NCBI GenBank assembly: GCA_903885595.1
Contig: CAISJJ010000019.1
Location: 8,697-72,696 of the forward strand
From: an uncultured Bacteroidales bacterium
GTDB taxonomy: Bacteria > Bacteroidota > Bacteroidia > Bacteroidales > FEN-979
Direction: 5' to 3'
DNA length: 64,000 bases
The notes under the pieces are model-generated. The model had not been told where the DNA came from, did no database searches, and worked only from the letters and a program-made list of their open reading frames with translations. Positions 45,252 to 54,021 of the stretch are shown in pieces; positions within the stretch are counted from its first letter, which is position 1, and the number at the start of each line of letters is the position of its first letter. The position numbers and the translations under genes are program-made.

Positions 45252-46574
45252 TCATACAATCAGCGGTGTTTCCCCCTTCTTAACATAAGAACGGTAATGC
45301 AGATTCACGGCGAATGCAAAGATGTAATTCACCGGATGCTTCAGTATCTGCCTGTTCAGCAGCGTACGGCAGACGATTCCGCCCAGGGAGAATATTTTTC
45401 CATTTAGCCAGTGGTACATCAAAGTCAGATTTTCCGGGGTGATTTGTTCAGGGTAATGAACACATTCCGATGCTGTATAATGGTCGAAATTCTCATGAAT
45501 CAGCCGGCCTGCTGCCTTATATTCAAGATAGAGCCGGGTAGCGGGAACGGGCGTTAAAAAGTAGATGCGCAGCAAGGGAATTTTACATTTCCTGATGAAA
45601 TCCCAGGTTGCCTGCAACGACTCCGTGGTATCTCCATCTGTCCCGATGATCATCTCGGCGCTTATCATAATCCCGGCCTTATTGAAAGCAGCCATCAGCT
45701 TTTGATGGTCATCGGTCCTGAGCCACTTCTTATTCAGCTTGTCAAGGCCCTCCTGCGAAATACTTTCAAGGCCAAGGCTGAGGATCTCACACCCCGACCG
45801 GGCCACCAGTTTCAGCAACGATTCATTCCGGGCCAGGTTCATGGTGCACTGGCTCGACCACTTCATTTTCATCGGGAGTATCCTTCTGCACAGTTCCTCC
45901 AGGTATGCAGGGTTGCTCACAATGTTGTCATCAATCATATAAAACTTATGATACCCGAGACTTTTAATCTTTTCAATGTCCCTGATCACCTCGTCAACAG
46001 GTCTTGCCATGTGACGGCCCTTATACAAGCAGGCGATGGAGCAAAAGCTGCATGTGTGGTTGCAACCCCTTCCCGCCTGCACAGGCAGCATGTCGCCGAT
46101 TCGCTTTTCGGCAAGCATTTCATAACGGGGAAGCGGCAAATTGTTAAGGTCACCGACCGGATTGTTGTAAACAGGTTGCAGCCTGCCATGCTTCTCAAAA
46201 TCCGACAGCAGCAACGGGAACGATATTTCCGCATCCCCGATGACAATACTGTCGACAAATTTCAACGCAAGTTCCGGGACCATCGAGGCCATATAGCCTC
46301 CCATGAAAACGATCTTTCCTCTTTTTCTGAATTCCCCGGCCAGGTCGAAGGCCCTGAAAATGGCGTGTCCCATGGCGCCAATGCCAATGATATCCGCATC
46401 CGTGTCGAAGCTGATCTCCTCAATGACTTCAAGTTTGATTTCCACCTCCCAGTTTCCGGGAGCCATGGCAGCCAGGAGCGGAAACACCAATCCCGGCAGG
46501 TAAAGTTTCTTCTGCCTTACAACATTCCCGGTTGAAAGATATTGAGAGGATTGTATCAGCAGGACCTTAGGCAT
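45252..46574 (-). CDS. Class B-like (B12-binding-domain type) radical SAM enzyme
   Basis: A ~170-aa Rossmann-like N-terminal extension (KVLLIQSS...GLVFPLLAAMAP...IIGIGAMG) precedes VQAGRGCNHTCSFCSI (CxxxCxxC). Confidence 0.85.
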   Translation of the reverse strand: MPKVLLIQSSQYLSTGNVVRQKKLYLPGLVFPLLAAMAPGNWEVEIKLEVIEEISFDTDADIIGIGAMGHAIFRAFDLAGEFRKRGKIVFMGGYMASMVPELALKFVDSIVIGDAEISFPLLLSDFEKHGRLQPVYNNPVGDLNNLPLPRYEMLAEKRIGDMLPVQAGRGCNHTCSFCSIACLYKGRHMARPVDEVIRDIEKIKSLGYHKFYMIDDNIVSNPAYLEELCRRILPMKMKWSSQCTMNLARNESLLKLVARSGCEILSLGLESISQEGLDKLNKKWLRTDDHQKLMAAFNKAGIMISAEMIIGTDGDTTESLQATWDFIRKCKIPLLRIYFLTPVPATRLYLEYKAAGRLIHENFDHYTASECVHYPEQITPENLTLMYHWLNGKIFSLGGIVCRTLLNRQILKHPVNYIFAFAVNLHYRSYVKKGETPLIV

Positions 46575-47967
46575 GTTTCGTCACCTCCATGATTTTCTTC
46601 CTGTATTGCTGTTTTACTTTTATCAGACCTTTTGCCAATTTTATCTGCATATGCAGCGGATATTTCAAAAGGCTGAGGAGGTTTTTCGGGTGGAGGATGA
46701 TCCGGAGATAGAGATCCCGGATGTTTTTATAATACGCTTCAAGGCTCATTTTTTCGGGACGGATGGCAACATGGGCGAGGTCCCATTTCACGAAGTCGTT
46801 TCTGCCGATTACAAGATCTGCTTCATTCACCTTCAGACCGGTTCCTTTCAATGGTGTGAGCGGTTGCAGGTTTACGAACTTTATCCCGAGTTCAAGCATG
46901 ATATCGCCCGCTTTTCTGAAATCGCGTGCACTCCAGGAAGGTGAAACAATGACGGCTGCATAACAATCCACCTTGCATGTGTTCAGTACAGCCATGGCCT
47001 GCCTGTTTGTATCACTGCTGGTTTGTTTATTAAAATCAAGCAGCTCAGGATCGTCAAATGATTCGAGCCCGACAATCACCGTTCTCAGTCCAGCCTCTTT
47101 GAATTCCCTTATCAGATCAGGATTGGCCGCGATAAAGTCGGCCCTTCCGTACACCAGGAATTTTTTCATGATCCCCCTTTCATTTAACTGGCGGATAAAT
47201 TCTTTGGTGCGTTTTACACTGACCAGGAAATCATCATCCACAATATAGATCTCCTTTTCCCTGATGGCTGACAATTCATCCATGACGTCATCCAGTGGAC
47301 GGGTAAAGTACCTGTCGCCGGTTATTTTCCTGCAAAAACAGAACTTGCATTGCCAGGGGCAGCCAAACGAGGTTTTTATCAAAGCCACCTTGTTGTGAAA
47401 CACATAAAAGTATTTGTCACGGTACTTTGCGGTAAGTTCCCGGTTGGGCAGCGGGATGTAAAAATCGTAATCCGGAAGCGTGGCTTCGTTTAACACCTCG
47501 TGTTTTCCCAGCGCTCCCGCAGGAAAGGATGATTTCCCATTCAGAAAACTGATAAGCTGCGGGAAAGATCTGGTAGCGTTTCGGACAATGCGGTAATCAA
47601 CCGATTCGTGGTCAATATCCTCAGGGAATTTTTCAAAATGTACACCGCCTGCAACAGTAATGATGTTCTTATTAATCAGTTTTGCAGCTGTACAATATTG
47701 AAGAATAACCGGAATGTGAGTAATATATCCGGTCAGACACAAAACATCCGGGGCGAATGTTCTTATAAAAACATCAACCGGCTCCTCTTCAAGAATCATA
47801 TCCACAATGCTGACCTCGTGCTCTTCCTGAACTAGCGCTGCAAGTATTTCCAACTCCAGGGGTTCCACAATCATCAGATGCTGGAGACCAATGGTATCGG
47901 GGGAGGGTTTAGGCCGGACAAACAGTATTTTCAACGGGTCAAATTTGATTTTCAACTTTAAATGCAT
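46567..47967 (-). CDS. Class B-like (B12-binding-domain type) radical SAM enzyme
   Basis: The N-terminal extension (ILFVRPKP...GLQHLMIVEPLELEILAALV...VLCLTGY) precedes KTSFGCPWQCKFCF (CxxxCxxC). It overlaps the downstream gene by 8 nt. Confidence 0.85.
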   Translation of the reverse strand: MHLKLKIKFDPLKILFVRPKPSPDTIGLQHLMIVEPLELEILAALVQEEHEVSIVDMILEEEPVDVFIRTFAPDVLCLTGYITHIPVILQYCTAAKLINKNIITVAGGVHFEKFPEDIDHESVDYRIVRNATRSFPQLISFLNGKSSFPAGALGKHEVLNEATLPDYDFYIPLPNRELTAKYRDKYFYVFHNKVALIKTSFGCPWQCKFCFCRKITGDRYFTRPLDDVMDELSAIREKEIYIVDDDFLVSVKRTKEFIRQLNERGIMKKFLVYGRADFIAANPDLIREFKEAGLRTVIVGLESFDDPELLDFNKQTSSDTNRQAMAVLNTCKVDCYAAVIVSPSWSARDFRKAGDIMLELGIKFVNLQPLTPLKGTGLKVNEADLVIGRNDFVKWDLAHVAIRPEKMSLEAYYKNIRDLYLRIILHPKNLLSLLKYPLHMQIKLAKGLIKVKQQYRKKIMEVTKHA

Positions 47968-48952
47968 GACATTTTTCAGGTGGTTTCGAATAGGTCAGAA
48001 AACCTTTAAATAACCTGAGAATATAAAGAATCGCGGGGTTCCGGTGATAGGCAAACATCCTTCTTTCACTCACATTCCCGCCAAGACGGATTTTGGCAAT
48101 TTCGGCGGTTTGTCCGAAATCGATAACCCCGTATTTATGCTCAACCGCTTTATTAATAATACCTAACAGGTTATTGTTGTAAGATTGATAAAGGTCCCTG
48201 AGGGCATAGTTCAGGCCGCCGAAAAAGAAAAACAGCACATCCGAATCTTTACAGACCACATGCCAGCACAACATCTTCTTTCCTGCGTTACAGGTGGTAA
48301 GCAGGAAGTTTGACGGAAGGTACCTGAATGCATCCAGGCTGAGGATTTCCAGTTTTGTCGTGGTCTTTTTCATGATTTCAAGGTACAAGGCATGATGCTC
48401 TTCGCTGAATACCGAGCAATCTGTGGTGACAGTCCTGACATCTGCGAATTTTTTCCTGATCCTGTGAATCCTTCTCCGGTAGCTGTGCCGGAGCGTATTT
48501 TCATAACCTGAAACACTCTTACTTTTTAATTTTAAGATTACCGTCGGCAATGTTCTCAAATTTAACACTTTATTCCTTAAGTGATCTTCCATAAAATTTA
48601 CCCCGACAATCAGTCCCGATTCAAGTTTAATAAGTTCTGACAGGAAATATTCAAATTCGCCGGGATCACCGATCATAGGCGGGGCTGCTACAGACACGGG
48701 CAATCCGATAATATGCGCTTTAAACGGACTTGGGATGTTGACAAAGGTGAAAATGTCGATCTTCAAGGTGTACACCACTGTTCCTGCAACCAGGTTATTG
48801 TCATGGTAGAGTTCATAATAACGCTGGGCGCAGGGGTTGTACCGGTGAAGGTGTTCCAGGAATTCTGATTTCTGAAAGTAGAAATCTGCCAGGTTATCCC
48901 ATTGGGCATTGAGGTGTTCAGGACTGCTCAATTTTTTAATCGCTTTCTTCAT
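47939..48952 (-). CDS. FemAB/GNAT-fold (acyl- or aminoacyl-transferase-like) protein
   Basis: I place the start at the ATG at 48952 (MKKAIKKLSS...), because the track start at 49051 is TTG. The N-terminal W..L......F...EFLE.L pattern and the C-terminal ...FFFFGGLNYALRDLYQSYNNNLLGIINKAVEHKYGVIDFGQTAEIAKIRLGG resemble FemAB-like/CelD-like GNAT families (from memory). It overlaps the downstream rSAM gene by 29 nt. Confidence 0.6.
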   Translation of the reverse strand: MKKAIKKLSSPEHLNAQWDNLADFYFQKSEFLEHLHRYNPCAQRYYELYHDNNLVAGTVVYTLKIDIFTFVNIPSPFKAHIIGLPVSVAAPPMIGDPGEFEYFLSELIKLESGLIVGVNFMEDHLRNKVLNLRTLPTVILKLKSKSVSGYENTLRHSYRRRIHRIRKKFADVRTVTTDCSVFSEEHHALYLEIMKKTTTKLEILSLDAFRYLPSNFLLTTCNAGKKMLCWHVVCKDSDVLFFFFGGLNYALRDLYQSYNNNLLGIINKAVEHKYGVIDFGQTAEIAKIRLGGNVSERRMFAYHRNPAILYILRLFKGFLTYSKPPEKCHAFKVENQI

Positions 48953-49302
48953 GTTTTTTGGCAATTGCCTCTCCGGGTCTGTCTCATGCTCATTCGCGTT
49001 AAAAGGTTTTGATTTTCGAAACGAATGTAATACAGGATTAAAAGGAATCAAAATTGATTTTCACGACAATTAAGAACCTTGTTGCAGAAAATCATAAAAA
49101 ATGGTGCCGGAGTTTGAATGTTAGTGAAAAATGTAATTTTAAAAAGCTGAAATGCCCGGCTGAACCCATAAAACAGCCTAAAGGTTTAAATAATCAGTGG
49201 CCCGATACCCTTTCTAATATAGGTTCTGTAATGAAAGTTGATATACAATGCGTAAAAGTTGATCAGTGGGCTGGTGAAAATAGTTCGCACAAACAGGTTT
49301 CT

Positions 49303-50233
49303 TTATAGGATGTTGGTGATTGAATAGGTATCATTGTAAATCCACCAATACATGGCGTCAGTTGTCGCAGGTGTCATTTGTGCAGGTCGATGGACGCAAG
49401 TAAAGCCGTTATACCTGTTAAAATCTTCATGCAGAAGCCTGTTTTCCTGTTTTAATTTCTTAAACAAATATGTTCCGGGAAGCGGTGTAAGCAGGTTGAA
49501 TACCGGAATAGCAATCTTGCTTTTTGCAATAAACCGTGAAGTTTTGCGGATGGTTTCCTCTGTGTCGTGGTCCGTTCCGATAAGAAAGGAGGCGAAGATC
49601 ACGATGCCGGCCTTCCGGATGTTTTTCAGTAATGCCGCTGTATCTGCGGTTTTCACCCATGATTTGTTAAACTCATCCAACCCTTCCTGGTTTATTCCCT
49701 CGATACCGACACTAAGCAGTTTACATCCCGATTTTGCTAATAATTTCAAGATGTTTTTATGCCGGGCAATGTTGATGGTGCATTGCCCGGCCCAGCTCAT
49801 TTTCAAGGGAATGATCTTCTTTAAAAGAGTTTCAAGGTAAGGTATGTTTCCTGCCATGTTATTATCCAGGAGCGTAAAGCGTTTATAACCCAATTGCCTG
49901 ATTATTTTAATGTCGCGGATGACTTCATCGACCGGCCTTACTGCATACTTGCCCCGGTGAATGCTCGAGTTTTCCCCGGGTACGGAATTCTTTTGCAATA
50001 TCCATTGCCCGGAATACGGAATAACCCATGGCGCCGAGTCCTACCAGATCACAATCTTCATCAAAGTCAACCTCATCGATGATCTCAATGATGATCTTTA
50101 CCTGCCAGTGACCAGGAACCATGGCTGCCAGCAACGGCAATGCAAGACCGGGTAACGACATGTGTTTTTCCTTGCACAATGTCCTGCCATCAGATTCGTA
50201 CTGCGACGGTAATATTAAAATTACTTTAGGCAT
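49303..50233 (-). pseudogene. Dead paralogue of the rSAM gene 45252-46574 (internal deletion plus frameshift, Fe-S motif lost)
   Basis: ORF 49925-50233 (MPKVILILPSQYESDGRTLCKEKHMSLPGLALPLLAAMVPGHWQVKIIIEIIDEVDFDEDCDLVGLGAMGYSVFRAMDIAKEFRTRGK) aligns to residues 1 to ~87 of the intact copy. ORF 49303-49998 (...HRGKYAVRPVDEVIRDIKIIRQLGYKRF...) aligns from ~191 onward (KGRHMARPVDEVIRDIEKIKSLGYHKF...). The two pieces are in different frames. The ~100 residues between them, which include GCNHTCSFC, are missing. Confidence 0.7.
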
Positions 50234-50258
50234 CTCCTGTTCGCTAAATATTTTTCAA

Positions 50259-51905
50259 TCATGGCCCGCGATATTCCATACGAATGGTTTCGGGCTGGTC
50301 GCCGGCAGGGAGGATAAAATGCCTTACAGATCCCAGGAAAACATATCCTGAAAGAACAGGGAAAGCAAAAACGGCCACGATCCATCCCAGGATGCACCAA
50401 AATGGCTTCTCAAGAAACATCATTCCCATCAAATGTTTCCATCGTTTCCGGAATCCTGTGCCATAAAACAGCAGTCCGCAGATGCACGAAAGGATATATA
50501 ATGGCGGCAGCATTTTTTTATATCCCTTAGCGCGGTTCCTGTGTTCAGGGCCATCCTCTTTTTCCAGTGATTGAATGCCCTTATACATATTTTCAAGCAT
50601 CCTGAAAGGCCAGGGGCCGCCTTCATCCACCAGTTTCTGGTAGGTGGTGAGGATATAATTCATGGATTCCTCCTGGGTGATATTTTTAAAGCGGAAGGAG
50701 GATTTTTCAAGCCGGGCTTTATCAAAGGAAAAATCAGGATTGATCCGACCCTCCTTTTTCATGCGCTGCCAGAGCGGTGTTCCGGGTACGGCCTGTAAGG
50801 GCATCACCTGGTACAAGGTCGGGTTCAGCTTTATAAACCGGTCAAGCTCCAGTGGAATTGATTCATTGGTGTGATCATCCCAGCCGATGATGATCGATCC
50901 GAGGGTGTGTATACCTGCACCATGAAGTTTGGCGAAAAGCTGCTCAATATCAACCTGACTGCCACCCCGTTTTTTAAGTTTTTCGGTTTCAAGAAGATCG
51001 TTATTAAAAGATTCGACTCCTATGTACAACATTCCGATACCACACCGGATAAGTTCCGAAAGGGTGTACCTGGCCACATTGTGTGCCGAGGAAAAGACCG
51101 TAAGATAAAAGGGGCGGCTTATCAGTTCGGAATCCTTTTCCATGCAATGCATAAATTCAAGGACCGCTTCACGGTTTTCCAGGAAATCTTCATCAAAGAT
51201 CACCCCGGAGGTGGCACGGGGATATTTACCGGCGCCCTGTTTAACACTTTTGTACAGATTTTCACCCGAAAACAATATCTTTTTTTGTTTAAACTGGCTG
51301 GAGGTGGAACAAAAACTGCAATGAAAATTACATCCGAGGGCTGCCATGAAATTCAGATTCAAATGAATGGGGAAGCGGGTCCTGAAAAAACTGACCTCGA
51401 TTGGCAGAAGGTCCTGTGTGAGAGGCTGACTGGTTATGATCCCATACTTTTCCTTCAGATAACTTGACAGAAAGGCTAAACCTTCTCCTGTACAAATATG
51501 ATCAACCGTATTTCTCAGTTGTTCAGAAATTTTATACGATTCACTGAAAACAGCCGTGCCATATCCTCCGATGATAATTTCTGTTCCGGGAGAATGATTT
51601 TTCACCCAGGTTGCCATTTCAAGTATCCGGGAGGCCGTGATCACACTAAAGGTAAATGCTACAACATCGTAGTGATGATGCGAAATTTCCTGTTTGAACA
51701 GTTTAAATGAGGGATTTTCCAAAACCACAGACGATACCGGCAAATTTTGAGCGAGAAAATGCAATGGATGCCAGCTTTGGTTCTGGCGAAGTTGAAAAAT
51801 GCCCTGCCTGAGTGTATTCCTGTAATAAAAAAAATCAATATTATCCTCAAATAAACTGGCTTTCGGATAAGGAATATAAGGCGTGGCAAACAGGACATTC
51901 ACCAT
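50259..51905 (-). CDS. Class B-like radical SAM enzyme with C-terminal transmembrane hairpin
   Basis: The N-terminal extension precedes MAALGCNFHCSFCST (CxxxCxxC). The last ~90 aa contain two hydrophobic helices (MLPPLYILSCICGLLFYGTGF and FWCILGWIVAVFAFPVLSGYVFLG). Confidence 0.85.
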   Translation of the reverse strand: MVNVLFATPYIPYPKASLFEDNIDFFYYRNTLRQGIFQLRQNQSWHPLHFLAQNLPVSSVVLENPSFKLFKQEISHHHYDVVAFTFSVITASRILEMATWVKNHSPGTEIIIGGYGTAVFSESYKISEQLRNTVDHICTGEGLAFLSSYLKEKYGIITSQPLTQDLLPIEVSFFRTRFPIHLNLNFMAALGCNFHCSFCSTSSQFKQKKILFSGENLYKSVKQGAGKYPRATSGVIFDEDFLENREAVLEFMHCMEKDSELISRPFYLTVFSSAHNVARYTLSELIRCGIGMLYIGVESFNNDLLETEKLKKRGGSQVDIEQLFAKLHGAGIHTLGSIIIGWDDHTNESIPLELDRFIKLNPTLYQVMPLQAVPGTPLWQRMKKEGRINPDFSFDKARLEKSSFRFKNITQEESMNYILTTYQKLVDEGGPWPFRMLENMYKGIQSLEKEDGPEHRNRAKGYKKMLPPLYILSCICGLLFYGTGFRKRWKHLMGMMFLEKPFWCILGWIVAVFAFPVLSGYVFLGSVRHFILPAGDQPETIRMEYRGP

Positions 51906-52068
51906 GGTTTAATCAATAACAGGCTAAAATAGGAGTTTTTCATTAAATCAATCGTAATATTTGACCAAAAAGGATAAACACCGGTTACGGGCTGATAACA
52001 AAATATGCTATGAAATGCATGGATCGAAATATCTGTCCCCGGAAGCGGAACAGGCAAAAAATTATATA

Positions 52069-52076
52069 TATCTTTG
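52069..52076 (+). promoter_or_regulatory. -7 promoter box TATCTTTG
   Basis: It matches TAnnTTTG and lies about 60 nt upstream of the ATG at 52138, in the 232-nt divergent intergenic region shared with the rSAM operon. Confidence 0.35.
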
Positions 52077-52137
52077 TTTGCATATACAATTCATTTATTC
52101 CAAACATACTGCACCCAACCTAAGAGTTGCACAATAA

Positions 52138-52677
52138 ATGACATTCCACCAGATCATCCTTTTTTCCTTTTTAACTGTCGTTGCGGTCATTCTTTTATCG
52201 GGACACCAGGTAAGGATTTACCGGATTAAAAAAGCCAAGAACAGGGCATCTAAACCGCCGGGAGCGAGGAAAGTAAAACTTGAGTTAAAGGGGGATATCT
52301 TCGAACTGGACAAACTGGCCATTATTCTTGAAGATCTTGTGCGTTACCAGGTTCCGGTTAAAACCATTCTTGATCTGAATATTATACTGGAAGAGGTTTA
52401 TACAAGCATTGTCAATCACCAGGAAGAGGACCAGCATGATAAAAAGGTTCTCATCACGCTGATGCTGGAGCCTGGCCAGATCAGTGCCTTTGTAAAGGAC
52501 TCCAATGATGAATTTGATCCTACGGTGATACAGGCGATTGATTTAAATGCTCCTATCGAAGAAATTTCCTTCCAGGGGCTGGGCTTTCATATGGTGAGGC
52601 ACCTGGCCGATCAACTGATTTATCAAAGGCTAGAGGATCAGAACATCCTGACCATCAGGAAAACTTACACGATCTGA
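52138..52677 (+). CDS. Membrane-anchored RsbW/SpoIIAB-like HATPase (anti-sigma-type Ser kinase fold)
   Basis: It has an N-terminal TM helix (IILFSFLTVVAVILLS). Then come LNIILEEVYTSIVNH (N-box-like), VKDSNDEFDP and FQGLGFHMVRHLADQLIYQR, which is the HATPase_c_2 layout. Confidence 0.65.
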   Translation: MTFHQIILFSFLTVVAVILLSGHQVRIYRIKKAKNRASKPPGARKVKLELKGDIFELDKLAIILEDLVRYQVPVKTILDLNIILEEVYTSIVNHQEEDQHDKKVLITLMLEPGQISAFVKDSNDEFDPTVIQAIDLNAPIEEISFQGLGFHMVRHLADQLIYQRLEDQNILTIRKTYTI

Positions 52678-53987
52678 TGAAAAGGCTGAAATTCATAGAG
52701 GCACTGTTACGATGGAAATGGTATCCAGATATTTTGAGAATCCCATTCTTTATAGGAACTATTTACCTGTTGTATGTGTTGTTATTCGGAGATCAGGCTG
52801 AAGGCAGGAATACCGGCCTATCGATGATTTGGGTGCTTCTCTGGTCCATGTTACCCATTGCGTTTCTCATTATGGGTCGTTTTTGGTGCGGGTTATGCCC
52901 TTTCGGTACAGCTGGCGACCTGGTGCAAAAAGCCGTTGGCAATGAAATTCATCCCCCTCTTTTTCTCAAAAAGTGGGGAGTCTGGTTTGCATATACCTTT
53001 TTCATCGTGATCCTGCTCATTGAGACTTTGGTTCATATGGCCAGCTCCACGGCCGCATCCAGTATTTTATTATTGTCCATTTTCACGATGGCCATGATTT
53101 CCGGAGCCTTTTTCAAACGACGGACATGGTGCCGCTACTTATGTCCCCTGGGTGTTGCGGGTGGCGTTTTTTCTAGGCTCAGAATCATAAAGCTAAGTAA
53201 AGACAATGCAATTTGCAATGACTGCAAAGAGTTTGAATGCCTCCAGGGCTCTGAGAAATCAAAAGGCTGCCCCATGGGTCTGTGCATAAAAAAGCATGAT
53301 TTGGATGCGGATTGCATTTCATGCGGAAATTGTCTGAAAAACTGCCCAAATGATTCCCCGCGCATTCAATTGCGTTCTCCTGTTAAGGGCTTCCTGTCGA
53401 ATGTAAAACTGAACCAGGCAGAATCGGCATTCGCAAGCAGTTTTATCGGGTTTTCGATAGCTTTATACCTGGTTAAGGATTATCTGGATAAAGTAAACCG
53501 GGCTGTCGGGTCAGGGAATCCTTTATGGAATGAACTCCTGGTCATCATCGTTTTCACCGGGCTGTCGTTTTCACTCTTTTACATATTCAGTTACATCATC
53601 CGTCCCATAACCAGGCAATCGCAAAAGTATAACTTCAGGTTTTTCGGGTTCTTCCTGATTCCTTACATCTTTTTTGCCTTGGTTAACCTGACTGCCATCC
53701 ATGGGGTATCCCTGAACGGGATGACCCTTTTTTACAATGTAAAAATGCTGCTGGGCCTTCCGCTGCAAGGGCCTCTTTTCCACCACCACCCCCTCATCAG
53801 CGCCCAGGCCAAGCACATCATCCAGGGGTTGGGGATCCTGGCCGGAAACATTATCTCCATTGTTTTTTGCTTACAGGAACTGCAGAAGGTTCTTAACAAC
53901 AGGCAACGGAATAAGATCATAGCTGTATTCAGCGTTTTTCTGGTGGGGGTGACGGGGTTGAGTCTATACCTGTTTATGTTTCTTTAG
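52677..53987 (+). CDS. Polytopic membrane 4Fe-4S protein (NapH/MauN-like polyferredoxin)
   Basis: It has two membrane-edge CxxCP motifs (RFWCGLCPFG and TWCRYLCPLG). It also has ferredoxin-type clusters (CNDCKEFEC...CPMGLC and CISCGNCLKNCP) and further C-terminal TM helices. Its ATG overlaps the preceding TGA by 1 nt (TGATG). Confidence 0.8.
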   Translation: MKRLKFIEALLRWKWYPDILRIPFFIGTIYLLYVLLFGDQAEGRNTGLSMIWVLLWSMLPIAFLIMGRFWCGLCPFGTAGDLVQKAVGNEIHPPLFLKKWGVWFAYTFFIVILLIETLVHMASSTAASSILLLSIFTMAMISGAFFKRRTWCRYLCPLGVAGGVFSRLRIIKLSKDNAICNDCKEFECLQGSEKSKGCPMGLCIKKHDLDADCISCGNCLKNCPNDSPRIQLRSPVKGFLSNVKLNQAESAFASSFIGFSIALYLVKDYLDKVNRAVGSGNPLWNELLVIIVFTGLSFSLFYIFSYIIRPITRQSQKYNFRFFGFFLIPYIFFALVNLTAIHGVSLNGMTLFYNVKMLLGLPLQGPLFHHHPLISAQAKHIIQGLGILAGNIISIVFCLQELQKVLNNRQRNKIIAVFSVFLVGVTGLSLYLFMFL

Positions 53988-54021
53988 GAGATAACAACAG
54001 GTGACACGTTACATGAGGTTT

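Noticed and set aside
45702-46535. 277-aa plus-strand ORF
   Set aside because: It lies entirely antisense to the rSAM gene 45252-46574, which has the CxxxCxxC motif and a paralogue. The antisense product is a low-complexity R/P/H-rich sequence, so it is a shadow ORF.
49054-49308. 84-aa TTG-initiated plus-strand ORF in the gap between the FemAB-like gene and the rSAM pseudogene; also 63377-63601 and 63540-63779
   Set aside because: There are no motifs, no promoter box and atypical composition. They lie in intergenic or leader DNA, and the 63.4-kb ORF overlaps the conserved element.
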